Shown here: in pieces, positions 37,759 through 47,959 of the stretch
How positions within the stretch are numbered: position 1 is the stretch's first letter
How the letters are laid out: each line of letters opens with the position of its first letter
Assembly (NCBI GenBank): GCA_045531455.1
Contig: JAZSEA010000112.1
Coordinates: 16,196-80,195, forward strand
From: Eubacteriales bacterium
GTDB lineage: Bacteria; Bacillota; Clostridia; Oscillospirales; CAG-272
Length of the DNA stretch: 64,000 nucleotides
Reading direction: 5' to 3'
The notes under the pieces: generated by a model
The model's input: the letters and a program-made list of their open reading frames with translations, nothing else
Database searches by the model: none
Told to the model about the DNA's origin: nothing
Translations under genes and position numbers: made by a program

Positions 37759-38250
37759 ATGGCAAACAGAGTTTCAAAGGAAAATTATTATCTTGATATC
37801 GCGCAGACCGTCAGCGAGAGAAGCACCTGTCTCCGCCGCCGCTTCGGTGCTATCATTGTAAAGAACGACAGTATAATTTCTACAGGCTACAACGGCGCGC
37901 CCCGCGGACGCAAGAATTGCGACGATCTCGGCTACTGCTTCCGTGAGAAGATGGGTATCCCGAGGGGCGAGAGATACGAAATGTGCCGCTCGGTACACGC
38001 CGAGGCAAACGCAATTATCGCCGCACCCCGCGAGCAGATGCTCGGCTCGACCCTTTATATGGTCTGCACCTCCCCCGAGGACGGTGCCGTTATGCCGGGT
38101 ACTACAAGCTGTATGATGTGCAAGAAGCTTGCCATCAACGCGGGTATCGAGCGCATCGTCGTCAGAGACGACAAGGAAAATTTCAGAGTGATCAACGTCT
38201 TCGATTGGATCGAGGATGACGATTCTCTCGCGGGAAAATTCGGTTATTAA
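37759..38250 (+). CDS. dCMP deaminase / ComEB family deaminase
   Basis: RSTC, TGYNGAP, HAEANA, SCMMC zinc motifs. Confidence 0.92.
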   Translation: MANRVSKENYYLDIAQTVSERSTCLRRRFGAIIVKNDSIISTGYNGAPRGRKNCDDLGYCFREKMGIPRGERYEMCRSVHAEANAIIAAPREQMLGSTLYMVCTSPEDGAVMPGTTSCMMCKKLAINAGIERIVVRDDKENFRVINVFDWIEDDDSLAGKFGY

Positions 38251-38262
38251 GGAGAAAGAACA

Positions 38263-38919
38263 ATGAAAACAGCAAAAAGAATCATATGCTTCTGCCTCGC
38301 GGCGATCTGCCTTGCGCTCTCGCTTACGGGCTGTGCCAACAGAATGACTATGACGGGCGACGGTCTTACCCACAGAAAGACGGGCATTTCCTATACATAC
38401 GTTTTCGACCCCTGCTATCAGCCCATCGAGTATGAGACCGAGGCTTACACAAAGTGGAAGCGCAATGACGTCAAGATCGAATATTTTGCGATCAACGGTC
38501 TTGAGCCCACCGAATGGCTCTATTGCCCGATGATGGGCGAGGTGCTCTGCTCCACGGGCGAGATCCTTCCCGACGTTGCGGGCTTTGATCCCACGGGCGC
38601 GTATATCTGTATCGAGGCAAATACCGCTTATACCATTCACGAGATCACCGATCAGGCTCTGATCGACGCGGTAGTTGAGCGTTATCTCGACGAGAATACT
38701 CCCAGCTATTCGACTATCATGGAGACCTCGAACTATTCTATCAAGTTCACCTCGGAGAAATATCCCGAATTCTACTACAGTATGGTTCTCGTAGCCGATC
38801 AGGACGGCACCTATATCCACGACAGAATGACGGGCAGATATATCGATATGGGTCTGCTTTTCAGCGAGTATGATCTCTACGACGGCGATATCTACGGCGA
38901 GGAAGAAGACGAAGGCTGA
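38263..38919 (+). CDS. Hypothetical lipoprotein
   Basis: Signal peptide with LTGC lipobox; RBS; operon context. Confidence 0.75.
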   Translation: MKTAKRIICFCLAAICLALSLTGCANRMTMTGDGLTHRKTGISYTYVFDPCYQPIEYETEAYTKWKRNDVKIEYFAINGLEPTEWLYCPMMGEVLCSTGEILPDVAGFDPTGAYICIEANTAYTIHEITDQALIDAVVERYLDENTPSYSTIMETSNYSIKFTSEKYPEFYYSMVLVADQDGTYIHDRMTGRYIDMGLLFSEYDLYDGDIYGEEEDEG

Positions 38920-39371
38920 TGGAAGGCTTTGAGATCAAGGTCTTTGACTTGTCCCATATACCCGAGGCGGCAGAGATCGAACGCCTCTGCTTTTCCGAGC
39001 CCTGGAGCGAGAATGCGCTGACCTATATGTGCACCTCGCAGAACACGTATGCAATTTCCGTGATCGATAAGGCTACGGGCAGGCTCGCGGCTTACGGAGG
39101 GGCGCAGTACGTTCTCGACGAGGCGAATATCGTCAATATCGCAACTCATCCCGATTACAGAAGAAGGGGATGCGCCTCCGCGATAATGCACGCGCTCGAG
39201 GCTTTTATGCGCGATAATGGTATCGAATTCGTTTATCTCGAGGTACGGGAGTCGAATATCGGTGCGCGTGCGCTTTACGAAAAGGAAGGCTTTGCGCCCT
39301 GCGGAATCATAAAAAACTATTACCGTTTTCCTGCCGAGGACGCGGTTGAAATGATGAAAAAACTGAATTGA
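38919..39371 (+). CDS. rimI: Ribosomal protein S18-alanine N-acetyltransferase
   Basis: IERLCFSEPWS, NIATHPDYRRRG, LEVRESN..A..LY, NYY..EDA; next to tsaD. Confidence 0.92.
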   Translation: MEGFEIKVFDLSHIPEAAEIERLCFSEPWSENALTYMCTSQNTYAISVIDKATGRLAAYGGAQYVLDEANIVNIATHPDYRRRGCASAIMHALEAFMRDNGIEFVYLEVRESNIGARALYEKEGFAPCGIIKNYYRFPAEDAVEMMKKLN

Positions 39372-39384
39372 GGCAGACATTAAT

Positions 39385-40410
39385 ATGTTAATTCTCGGAA
39401 TTGAAACCTCCTGCGACGAGACAAGCGCCGCCGTCGTCGGAGATATAGGAGAGGGCGGCAGACTCGTTGCTCTTTCAAATATTGTGGCGTCACAGATAGA
39501 TACGCACCGCCTTTACGGCGGCGTTGTTCCCGAGATCGCGGGACGTGCCCATATCGAGGCAATCTCGAACGTCGTTGAGCGCGCTCTATCGGAGGCAAAA
39601 GTTGAGATCTCGGATCTTGACGGCGTTGCGGTAACGACCCACCCCGGACTCATCGGCGCGCTTCTCGTAGGCGTGAATTTTGCCAAGGCTTTTGCCTTTG
39701 CAAATAAGCTTCCGCTGATCTCGGTCAACCATATCCACGCGCATACGGCGGCATCCTATCTGACCGAAACTCCGCCGAAGCCCCCCTATCTTTCGCTCGT
39801 CGTCTCGGGCGGACATACCTCTTTTTATCTTGTAAAAACCTATACCGAATACGTAGAGCTTGGCGGCACACGCGATGATGCCGCGGGTGAGGCTTTTGAC
39901 AAGATCGGCAGAGTGATCGGACTGCAGTACCCCGCGGGCGCGGCTATGGACAAGCTTGCACACGAGGGTATCGAACTCGGTGAGAAGCTTGATCTCAAAC
40001 TTCCGAGCCCCGCGCTTTCGGGTGATAATCTTGATTTTTCCTTCAGCGGACTCAAGACAGCCGCGCTGAATTATCTCAATAAGCTCGCACAGCAGAAGAT
40101 CGAGGTCAACCGTTCCGCCTTTGCCGCACTTTATACCGAAACGGTCTGCTCGGCGATCGCAAAGAAGATCCCCGCGGCAATAAAGACGTCGGGTGCGCGT
40201 CAGCTCGTTATGTCGGGCGGCGTTGCGGCAAATTCGCATCTCCGTGCCGCAGTCGGAGAGGCTTGCCGTAAGTCGGGTGCCGAGCTCATCCTGCCGCCCA
40301 TATCACTTTGCGGCGACAATGGAGTTATGGTTGCCGCGCAGGGCTATTATGAGCTCAAGGCGGGCAGGATCGCAGATACCTATCTCAATGCGTCCGCTGA
40401 GGACGACTGA
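39385..40410 (+). CDS. tsaD: tRNA N6-threonylcarbamoyltransferase TsaD
   Basis: LGIETSCDETSAA, GGVVPE, HIHAH, VSGGHT, DDAAGEAFDK, FSFSGLKT, GGVAAN. Confidence 0.97.
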   Translation: MLILGIETSCDETSAAVVGDIGEGGRLVALSNIVASQIDTHRLYGGVVPEIAGRAHIEAISNVVERALSEAKVEISDLDGVAVTTHPGLIGALLVGVNFAKAFAFANKLPLISVNHIHAHTAASYLTETPPKPPYLSLVVSGGHTSFYLVKTYTEYVELGGTRDDAAGEAFDKIGRVIGLQYPAGAAMDKLAHEGIELGEKLDLKLPSPALSGDNLDFSFSGLKTAALNYLNKLAQQKIEVNRSAFAALYTETVCSAIAKKIPAAIKTSGARQLVMSGGVAANSHLRAAVGEACRKSGAELILPPISLCGDNGVMVAAQGYYELKAGRIADTYLNASAEDD

Positions 40411-40422
40411 TCGGAGTAGATT

Positions 40423-41445
40423 ATGAATAACAGTGAAAACAAGGAGCTCCGTGTCAATTACGGACAGGGAGTGATAGTTCTTCCCGAAGCAGTGATGGGA
40501 GTTGTCCCGACTGCCAAGAAGAATGATATTATCGTCCTTCTCGCGCTTCTTTCCGACAAGAACGCGACCACAGCGTCGGTTGCCGAAAAGCTTGTTATGA
40601 GCGAGGAGGCTGTCGAGCGTGCGATCGCTTTTTGGCGCGGCGCGGGTATTATTACATACGGCGAAGAAAAGAAGACCGAGCCCGCGGTCGAAACAAAGGA
40701 AGAGAAGAAGGCAACTAAAAAGGGAAAGAGAGGCGACCTCGGATCGCTTCCCGAGTATTCGAGCAACGAGATCGCAGAGATGGTCGAGAACGACCGCGAC
40801 GTTGCCCTGATGATCGACGAATGCGAGCGCGCACTCGGCAAGATATTCCGTGTCGGCGAGACCGCAAAGATCCTCGCGCTCCGCGATTATCTCGGCTTTT
40901 CTCCCGATTATATCGCAACTCTTTGCGAGTATTGCGCGGGGATCGGCAAGACCTCGGTAAGATATCTCGAGACCACCGCGATCGCGCTTTACGACGACGG
41001 GATCACGGATAAGGCGGCACTCGAGGAGCATCTTGATGCCGTCAAGGCAAAGCACGAGCTCGAGGGACAGATCCGCACGCTCTTCGGAATGGGTATGAGC
41101 CGCGCGCTCACCACAAAGGAAAAGCGATTCATCGATTCATGGATCGGAAGCTTCGGCTACGGCATCGAGGTCATCAAGCTTGCATATGAGATCACGGTCG
41201 ATAAGATCAACGAGCCCTCGCTCAACTACGCGAACGCTATCCTCGAGAGCTGGAACTCGAAGGGGCTAAAGACCGAGGACGAGGTAAAGGCGCAGATCGA
41301 GGCAGAGGCTGAGGCAAAGGGTGAACCCGCCGCGGGCAAGAGCTTTGACTCGACCGACTTCTTTGAAGCCGCACTCCGCCGCAGCTACAGCGATTCGGGC
41401 GCAGTACCCGATGTTCCCAAGACCGCACCCAAGAAAAGAAAGTAA
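40423..41445 (+). CDS. DnaD domain replication protein
   Basis: Two DnaD-like domains; NYANAILESWNSKGLKT motif; followed by a DnaC-like ATPase. Confidence 0.85.
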   Translation: MNNSENKELRVNYGQGVIVLPEAVMGVVPTAKKNDIIVLLALLSDKNATTASVAEKLVMSEEAVERAIAFWRGAGIITYGEEKKTEPAVETKEEKKATKKGKRGDLGSLPEYSSNEIAEMVENDRDVALMIDECERALGKIFRVGETAKILALRDYLGFSPDYIATLCEYCAGIGKTSVRYLETTAIALYDDGITDKAALEEHLDAVKAKHELEGQIRTLFGMGMSRALTTKEKRFIDSWIGSFGYGIEVIKLAYEITVDKINEPSLNYANAILESWNSKGLKTEDEVKAQIEAEAEAKGEPAAGKSFDSTDFFEAALRRSYSDSGAVPDVPKTAPKKRK

Positions 41446-41459
41446 AGTGAGGATCGGAT

Positions 41460-42428
41460 ATGGCATATAACGTAAATAATTTCCGCCGCATTCGCGAGGA
41501 ATACAGGGAAAAATATAAAAAAGCAGAGGCTGATGCCGATGCACGCCGTCGCGAACTATGGGAAAAGGTTGACGGTCTGCGTGCGCTCGACGCCGCACTT
41601 TCGGCAACGGGTCCCCGTCTGCTCAATGCCATCCTCGGCAAGAGCAGCGAGAGCTTCGAGAAGGTCAAGTCGGACGTTGAAAGACTCAATCAGGAGAGAA
41701 GCCTGCTGCTTGCAACCTACGGCTTTCCGCCCGATTACTCCGATCCGCGCTACGAATGTGAAAAATGCCGCGATTCGGGATACGTTGACGGCGAGATCTG
41801 CGAGTGTATGAAGCTCCGTCTCCGCCTTGCGGGATACGAAAGCTCGGGTATTGCTAAGCTTATGGACGAGCAGACCTTCGAGACCTTCCGCCTCGATTAT
41901 TACAAAACCAATCAGCGTTCCTATGAAAATATGAGCTACGTGCTCAGAACTATGCGCGAGTACGCGGATAATTTCAATCCCGACCGTTCGGGCAATCTTT
42001 TGCTCCTCGGTGGAACGGGACTCGGAAAGACTCATCTTTCCACAGCTCTTGCAAAGACTCTGATAGACAACGGCTATGACGTTGTTTATTCGGGCGCGAT
42101 CGGTATGATCGCGGATTTCGAGCAGCACCGCTTCGGCAATTCCGCGGGCGGCGAGAGCGGAAACGATCTCGACCGCTACTATGCCTGCGACCTGCTCATT
42201 ATCGACGATCTCGGCGCAGAGGTGTCGAATCAGTTCACGGTCAGCACGATCTATAACGTGCTCAATAACCGCATCAGCCTCGGACTTCCGACTGTCATCA
42301 GCACGAATCTCAATCAGAATGAGCTAAACGCCCGCTATTGGGACAGGATCACAAGCCGCATCCTCGGCGAATTCCGTCCGCTCATCTTCAGCGGCAGCGA
42401 CGTCAGAAAGCTTAAACTGACGGAGTAA
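41460..42428 (+). CDS. DnaC/DnaI-like helicase loader ATPase
   Basis: CEKCRDSG..CEC zinc site, GGTGLGKT Walker A, LLIIDDLG Walker B, ISTNL, RITSRI. Confidence 0.9.
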   Translation: MAYNVNNFRRIREEYREKYKKAEADADARRRELWEKVDGLRALDAALSATGPRLLNAILGKSSESFEKVKSDVERLNQERSLLLATYGFPPDYSDPRYECEKCRDSGYVDGEICECMKLRLRLAGYESSGIAKLMDEQTFETFRLDYYKTNQRSYENMSYVLRTMREYADNFNPDRSGNLLLLGGTGLGKTHLSTALAKTLIDNGYDVVYSGAIGMIADFEQHRFGNSAGGESGNDLDRYYACDLLIIDDLGAEVSNQFTVSTIYNVLNNRISLGLPTVISTNLNQNELNARYWDRITSRILGEFRPLIFSGSDVRKLKLTE

Positions 42429-42432
42429 GAAA

Positions 42433-43050
42433 ATGAAAAAGAGTCTGTTTATATTAATATGTATATTTGCGCTCCTTCTCGGCGGCTGTGCAAACAGACA
42501 AAACACACCCCTCGGATACGGACTTGAGCTTCTTGAGGATATGGAAGTGCTTGTTAACAGCGATGACATGAAGAAATTATATAATTTCTATGATGACGAG
42601 TATGAGTCCGAGATTTTGAAGTTGAGAGAGGTTGATTTTTCAAAGCCCGAGGTTGTATACAAGGTTACTTTTGACGACAGAGATGTTCTTGACGCCATTA
42701 ACGGTGAGGATATTTCGGATGAAGTATGCGAAATTTACGAATCGAGAAGTGCGGCTTCGATCGCTTCGTATCTCAACTTAAGTGCAGATATGAACCCCAC
42801 GGTGATCTCTGCGGTTTACACCGTCAGCAGCGTTTTTGAATGCAAGAAGGTAGAAGATAATATGGTTTACTTCTACGTCTACGACGGAGCGGTTATTGCA
42901 GTAAGCTTCATTGACGGTGAAGATGATGCTTGCCAGGCTTCGGCGTCTATAGTTTACAACGAGGAGCTTGATACCTCGTCTGTCAAAGAGTTGGAAGATA
43001 GCCTCGAATCGATCATCAAATGCGATTTTGAAGTGAAAAAAGTTTATTAA
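42433..43050 (+). CDS. Hypothetical lipoprotein
   Basis: LGGC lipobox; AT-richer codon usage. Confidence 0.72.
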   Translation: MKKSLFILICIFALLLGGCANRQNTPLGYGLELLEDMEVLVNSDDMKKLYNFYDDEYESEILKLREVDFSKPEVVYKVTFDDRDVLDAINGEDISDEVCEIYESRSAASIASYLNLSADMNPTVISAVYTVSSVFECKKVEDNMVYFYVYDGAVIAVSFIDGEDDACQASASIVYNEELDTSSVKELEDSLESIIKCDFEVKKVY

Positions 43051-43054
43051 TTTC

Positions 43055-43086
43055 AAAAAAGAGCTGACTGCGGTCGGCTCTTTTTT
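43055..43086 (+). terminator. Intrinsic terminator
   Basis: AAAAAAGAGCTGAC-TGCG-GTCGGCTCTTTTTT. Confidence 0.82.
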
Positions 43087-43158
43087 GTATAGTATTTGTT
43101 TTTTCGGACAAAATATTGATGACATCCTGTTCAATCAAAATCATAAAGGAGCGCAAAA

Positions 43159-43611
43159 ATGCCTCAGGTTAAAACAAAGATCACAAGAGCAGAGCTGCTT
43201 GACGATCTTTACAAGAATCTTAAAATGGGCTCGACCTCGACGACCGATATCCTCGGCAGAGTCAAGGACCCCGATCTGCGAAAGGAAATGACCAACATCA
43301 TCGACGGCTGTGAGGGACTTGCTTCGCGCGTATCAAAGCTTATGATCCAGGTGGGCATCACCCCGAAGGAAGAAAATATGCTCACACGCGCGGGCGCGAA
43401 GATCGGTATGGTAATGAACACCGCAACCGATTCCACAAGCGAGCATCTAGCCGAGATGATGATCCAGGGACTCACCATGGGCGTGACCGAGCTTTACCGC
43501 GATATCGGTGAGGCGGAGGAGGTCGGGATCTCGGGTGAGGTCCTCTCGCTTGCCAAGGAAGCCCTCGAGTTTGAGGAAAAGTCTGTAGAAAAGCTCAAGA
43601 CCTATCTCTAA
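43159..43611 (+). CDS. Hypothetical helical-bundle protein (ferritin-like, possibly spore-associated)
   Basis: RBS, all-helical pattern, AEMMIQG..MG and C-terminal EKLKTYL. Confidence 0.65.
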   Translation: MPQVKTKITRAELLDDLYKNLKMGSTSTTDILGRVKDPDLRKEMTNIIDGCEGLASRVSKLMIQVGITPKEENMLTRAGAKIGMVMNTATDSTSEHLAEMMIQGLTMGVTELYRDIGEAEEVGISGEVLSLAKEALEFEEKSVEKLKTYL

Positions 43612-43654
43612 AAAATATGGGATGACTTGTTCTTACAAATCATCCCATAGATAA

Positions 43655-43987
43655 TTATTTTGCTTCCTTTGCGGCTTTATCGGCTTCCTTCTGCGCGTCT
43701 GCTTCGGCTTTGGCTTCCTCAATATCGCGGAGGATCTCCTTTTCGGTCTTGCGGAGCTCGGAGATACGAGTGAGCGAAGCGTCGATCTGCTCGGCGTTGT
43801 CCTTGCCGCCGTTCAGCTTTGCATACGTGAGCTTGCCGAGAACGGCATATTCCTTTTCAAGGCGGTTGCGGCAATTCTCGAGCTTGATCTGCATCGATGC
43901 GGCGTCGCCGAGACGAACAGCCTCGCTTGAAAGCTTATCAAAAAATCTTTCCGCACCCTCGCGGAATTCGTTCCAGGAATTTGACAT
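43655..43987 (-). CDS. Hypothetical coiled-coil protein
   Basis: Helical ORF with YAVLGKLTY motif; start reassigned to ATG 43987. Confidence 0.65.
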   Translation of the reverse strand: MSNSWNEFREGAERFFDKLSSEAVRLGDAASMQIKLENCRNRLEKEYAVLGKLTYAKLNGGKDNAEQIDASLTRISELRKTEKEILRDIEEAKAEADAQKEADKAAKEAK

Positions 43988-44076
43988 TATTTTGTCCCCC
44001 AAAAAATCTTACATTATTATAATTATAACCTATTTTTTGCCCCGTGTAAAGTGCTTTTTGTAAAAAAGGAGTAAAA

Positions 44077-44520
44077 ATGAATATCTCGAAGAAGGAATAT
44101 CCGAAATACGCCGACGCACACGCCCCGAAATCCGACCTTTTACGCGACACTATGCGCGCGTTTCTGATCGGCGGACTCATCTGCGCCGTTGCTCAAGGGC
44201 TGACGACATTGTGGAAATCGCTCGGAATGGTGAAGGAGGACGCGGGTCTGCTGACCTCGGTCATCCTCGTTTTCGCTTCGGCACTGCTGACCGCGCTCGG
44301 TATCTTTGACAATATCGCAAAGGTCGCGGGAGGCGGCACACTCGTGCCGATCACGGGCTTTGCAAACTCCGTGGTCTCCGCCGCTATCGACTCGAAGAAC
44401 GAGGGGTTCATCCTCGGACTCGGCTCGGGGATATTCACCGTCGCGGGACCCGTCCTCCTTTACGGCACCGCCGCGGGAACGCTCTACGGAGTGATTTATT
44501 GGATCTTTTCATTATTTTAA
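44077..44520 (+). CDS. spoVAC: SpoVAC/SpoVAEB family sporulation membrane protein
   Basis: AFLIGGLIC, GTLVPITGFANS, EGFILG..IFTVAGPV. Confidence 0.9.
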   Translation: MNISKKEYPKYADAHAPKSDLLRDTMRAFLIGGLICAVAQGLTTLWKSLGMVKEDAGLLTSVILVFASALLTALGIFDNIAKVAGGGTLVPITGFANSVVSAAIDSKNEGFILGLGSGIFTVAGPVLLYGTAAGTLYGVIYWIFSLF

Positions 44521-44524
44521 AAGA

Positions 44525-44551
44525 AAAAGGTTTGCCGAGGCAAACCTTTTT
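44525..44551. terminator. Bidirectional terminator
   Basis: AAAAGGTTTGCC-GA-GGCAAACCTTTT between convergent genes. Confidence 0.8.
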
Positions 44552-44558
44552 GTTATGA

Positions 44559-46103
44559 TCAATATTCGGGTTTGATCTCGAATACACGATCGGTAAGTCC
44601 CTTTGCGGTATAGAATTCGGTATCGAGCTTGTACCAAGAGCCTGCAACGCCGATATAATTAGCAGATACGGAGGCGTTGTTTGCATATGCACGGCTCCAG
44701 AAGCTCGGCGCTCCGAATTCGGTATACCCTGCGATAGCGGCAGTTCTCTTGCCGAGCTCGGCGATCTTTTCGGCGGAAGCGGTATCCGCGGGATCGAGAG
44801 TTACGGTTGCGGAATAGTTATTTTCATTGTAAACGGGTCTGAAAGCGATCTCAGCCTTCGTACTGCCCGAGGCATCGGTGACGTATTCGGTGAAGGCATA
44901 TTCGGAGGTCGAGATTTCGACCTTGCCGTCGGCGGTTTTGTTGTAGCGTTCGAGAATGAAGCGTGCACGGCTTGTGAAATTGTCGTTGTGCTCGTAAAGC
45001 TTGAAGAAGCCCTCGAGCACCGTGCTCGTCAGAACCTTTCTGTTGAGGATATCGACGAGATCGATATAGAGCGCGTGGCGGTCGCCGTTGTCGATCTGTA
45101 TCATTCTTGAGAGGAATTGGTAGTTGACGCCGTCGATATTGACGTAATATACGTTGCCGCCGATCGGGTAATTCGGCATCGTCCAGCCCTCGGGAAGCTC
45201 GAGAGGCAGATGTTCCTTTGTGAAATAATTCGGATTGCCCGTGATCTGATCATAGTCTGCGTAGTTTCCGCTGATCTCAAGATAGTAGGGGTTGCTCGTG
45301 ATCTTCGTATAGTCATACATAGGCAGACCGTCGACGGGGTAAGCCGCGAGATCCTTCTCGAGATCCGAAAGGCTGTCGAGAACTACACAAAGCTTGGAAT
45401 ACTTCGACTCAAATTCGGGAATGTCTTTGTCAAGCTCTCTGATGAAGGCTTGGAGGAGACTTCTGTTCACCGAACCGCCGTCAAAGCGTGCGCGGAGGCT
45501 TGCATTGATACCTCCCGTCCATTGGAATTCGGGCGCTTCGAGCTTTTCGGGAGTGCCGTGCGAGACGTCTACGTCGGAGAGGTAATAGGTATAAAACCCA
45601 ATTCCCGCAGAAGGTGACCAATCGTAATTATCGCTTATTCTGAGCAGGGCAAAATGATCGCTCGTGTTGCTCGTGGCGCAGATCTGTACTGCACCTCTGA
45701 AAAAATGTGTGGCAACGACCTTGCCGTCATAGAGCGCGTCGAAATAACAAGCGCGTGTGCCGAGCTTTGTGCGGAGGGTTACGGCACGGAGAGTAGCCTC
45801 GACCTGCTCACCGCCGAGAGTGATGATGAGCGGGAATTCGGTCTCGGCACTTACGTAATACCCCTCGGGGATCTGTTTTGCCGAGAGATCGACGGGAGGT
45901 TCCGCTGTTGTCTCTTCCTCGGTTGTGACCTCTTCGGTTACGTCCTCTTCGGGCTCTGTTGTGACTTCGGGAGATGCGGGATTATTCTCCGACTCTGCGG
46001 GAGTCTTGCTTGTATCCTCGGGTGATTGAGGATCTGCGCAGGAGGCAAGCGAGAGGAGAAGAAGGGCGCAGAGTAAAAATGAAATAAATGATCTGATTTT
46101 CAT
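44559..46103 (-). CDS. Hypothetical lipoprotein with internal domain duplication
   Basis: LASC lipobox, Thr/Glu/Pro linker, two PEG[YW]..ALY/ACY-type domains. Confidence 0.75.
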   Translation of the reverse strand: MKIRSFISFLLCALLLLSLASCADPQSPEDTSKTPAESENNPASPEVTTEPEEDVTEEVTTEEETTAEPPVDLSAKQIPEGYYVSAETEFPLIITLGGEQVEATLRAVTLRTKLGTRACYFDALYDGKVVATHFFRGAVQICATSNTSDHFALLRISDNYDWSPSAGIGFYTYYLSDVDVSHGTPEKLEAPEFQWTGGINASLRARFDGGSVNRSLLQAFIRELDKDIPEFESKYSKLCVVLDSLSDLEKDLAAYPVDGLPMYDYTKITSNPYYLEISGNYADYDQITGNPNYFTKEHLPLELPEGWTMPNYPIGGNVYYVNIDGVNYQFLSRMIQIDNGDRHALYIDLVDILNRKVLTSTVLEGFFKLYEHNDNFTSRARFILERYNKTADGKVEISTSEYAFTEYVTDASGSTKAEIAFRPVYNENNYSATVTLDPADTASAEKIAELGKRTAAIAGYTEFGAPSFWSRAYANNASVSANYIGVAGSWYKLDTEFYTAKGLTDRVFEIKPEY

Positions 46104-46117
46104 GCTGATTCCTTTCT

Positions 46118-47959
46118 TTAAGGTTTCTTGATCTCAATGATTCCGTCGGTGCAAACGATCGTGTATTCGTTCTTTCCCGCCTGCGGGACTACAAGATTGA
46201 TTGCATATTCTTCTTTAGTTCCGTTGTAATAAACCGATTCGATCGGAAGCTCATCGGTATAGAGGAAATTATGATCGATATAAGTCAGCGATCTCGGCAG
46301 ATAGAGAAAGCGCAATTTACTTCCCGTAACCGCATCTGTTCCGAGATATTCGACTCCCTCGGGGAGAGTTATGACCTCGCAGCTGTGATAGCTGAGTCCG
46401 TGTTTATCGATCTTTTTGAGAGTCGACGGAATAACTATCTCGGTGACGTTGACACAACCCGAAAACGCGCTGTTGCCGACGCTTTCAAAGCCTTCGGGGA
46501 AGATGATCTTTTGGAGTGAACTGCAGCTGAGAAAAGCGTTCTTCTGTATGCTTCTCAGTCCCAAGGGGAAATTGACCTCGCGGAGGGATGAGCAATTCTG
46601 GAATGCGCCTTCTCCTATGCCCGCAAGCGTTTCGGGGAAGACTACGCTCTCGAGCTCGGTGCATCCGTAGAAGGTCTCGTTCGGCATAAAGGTAATATTA
46701 CCCGTGAACACAGCTTCCTTTATCAGCGAGCCGCGGAATGCACCGAGTAGGAAATTGGTATCGTCATTACATTCGATGATGACACGCTTGACGCCTCCCG
46801 TAAGCTTTTGCTTGTAGAACGTCGTTAGGCTTGCGGGGAAAATGACGGTTTCTGCGCGGCACTCGGATAATACGTTCGTTTCAACTGTGTATATCGGAAT
46901 ACCGTTAAACTCGTCCGGTATCCGAAGCTCAGCCATAGGCTCGGTCGAGCAACCCTTTACGTTGTAAAATACCCTTCCGTCCTCTGTCTCGATATAGCTG
47001 AGGACAAGACCGTTTTCAAGCGTGACGTCGGGTACGAGCTCCTTTTCGGTGATCACGGGAGGCTCGTAGCCGAAGAGCTCGCAGATACGATCGAGGCTCC
47101 AGGTGCGTTTGCCTGCCTTTCTTTCTGCATTGATATCGGGAGGAGCGGCATTTTCGTCGGGATGCCTTATGATATCCTTGTCGGACGAATAGGTGTCGAT
47201 GATAAGGAGATCGTTATGATAGGTAGCAAGCTCGGACTCGAGAGTCATAAAGACGTTGTATACGGGCACTCTCGAGGAGGTCACGCTCTCTTCGGAGGAG
47301 ATATCAAATTCGGCGTGCCTTATGCCGACGTTTTCGGATTTCGTGAGCTTACCGTCGATCACGGAGTATACCGAGATATCGACGTAGCCGACGACGTCGC
47401 TATCATCGTTTAAAGCAGCAGAGAATATCACAAGCTCGCCGACGTTGAGCTCGCGCATTGCCATAAGAACGTGACCGCGTATGAGCAGGCTGTCCGAAAG
47501 CTCATTTCCGTCAAAGCTTCTTACCTCGAGGTAGAGAGCGCGTGAGGCGTCGGTCTCAGAGGTCAGAGTAAAGGCGGAGACGGATTGCTTTTGCTTAGCG
47601 TTTCCGTCTGCGGCAAGGATATCGAACTTGATAAATCCGTTCGCGCGGTAGCCCTCGGGGATATCGGTTTCGGTGACGTCAACGGTGACGGGCGGATCGC
47701 TCTCCTCCGTGCTTGTAACGGGAGGCTGAGACGCGGGATGTATATAATTATTGTAGAGATAAACCGATAAAGGAGTCAGCGCGCTGACGAGCACGAGGCA
47801 TATCATAGCCGCGATAAGACGTCGCATTACCATCAAGTTGAGCTTCAGCTTTGACGGTATCTGGATTACGCTTGACATACCCGATGCCTCGGCAACGATA
47901 TCATCGCCGATGAATCCGACGGCGTCGAGCAGAATATCGGCGCGTTCGATCTTTGTCAT
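46118..47959 (-). CDS. Membrane-anchored putative anti-sigma/sensor with BspA-type leucine-rich repeats
   Basis: N-terminal LLDAVGFIGDDIVAEA, one TM, repeated FP..L..IG..AF..C..L units; overlaps ECF sigma stop. Confidence 0.8.
   Translation of the reverse strand: MTKIERADILLDAVGFIGDDIVAEASGMSSVIQIPSKLKLNLMVMRRLIAAMICLVLVSALTPLSVYLYNNYIHPASQPPVTSTEESDPPVTVDVTETDIPEGYRANGFIKFDILAADGNAKQKQSVSAFTLTSETDASRALYLEVRSFDGNELSDSLLIRGHVLMAMRELNVGELVIFSAALNDDSDVVGYVDISVYSVIDGKLTKSENVGIRHAEFDISSEESVTSSRVPVYNVFMTLESELATYHNDLLIIDTYSSDKDIIRHPDENAAPPDINAERKAGKRTWSLDRICELFGYEPPVITEKELVPDVTLENGLVLSYIETEDGRVFYNVKGCSTEPMAELRIPDEFNGIPIYTVETNVLSECRAETVIFPASLTTFYKQKLTGGVKRVIIECNDDTNFLLGAFRGSLIKEAVFTGNITFMPNETFYGCTELESVVFPETLAGIGEGAFQNCSSLREVNFPLGLRSIQKNAFLSCSSLQKIIFPEGFESVGNSAFSGCVNVTEIVIPSTLKKIDKHGLSYHSCEVITLPEGVEYLGTDAVTGSKLRFLYLPRSLTYIDHNFLYTDELPIESVYYNGTKEEYAINLVVPQAGKNEYTIVCTDGIIEIKKP

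Noticed and set aside
38919-40410. rimI-tsaD without adjacent tsaB/tsaE
   Set aside because: Split tsa clusters are common; the missing genes are probably elsewhere in the genome
40423-42428. Prophage or IS21 replication/transposition module (DnaD + IstB-like ATPase)
   Set aside because: Embedded in a housekeeping operon with rimI and tsaD; no integrase, transposase or phage genes nearby
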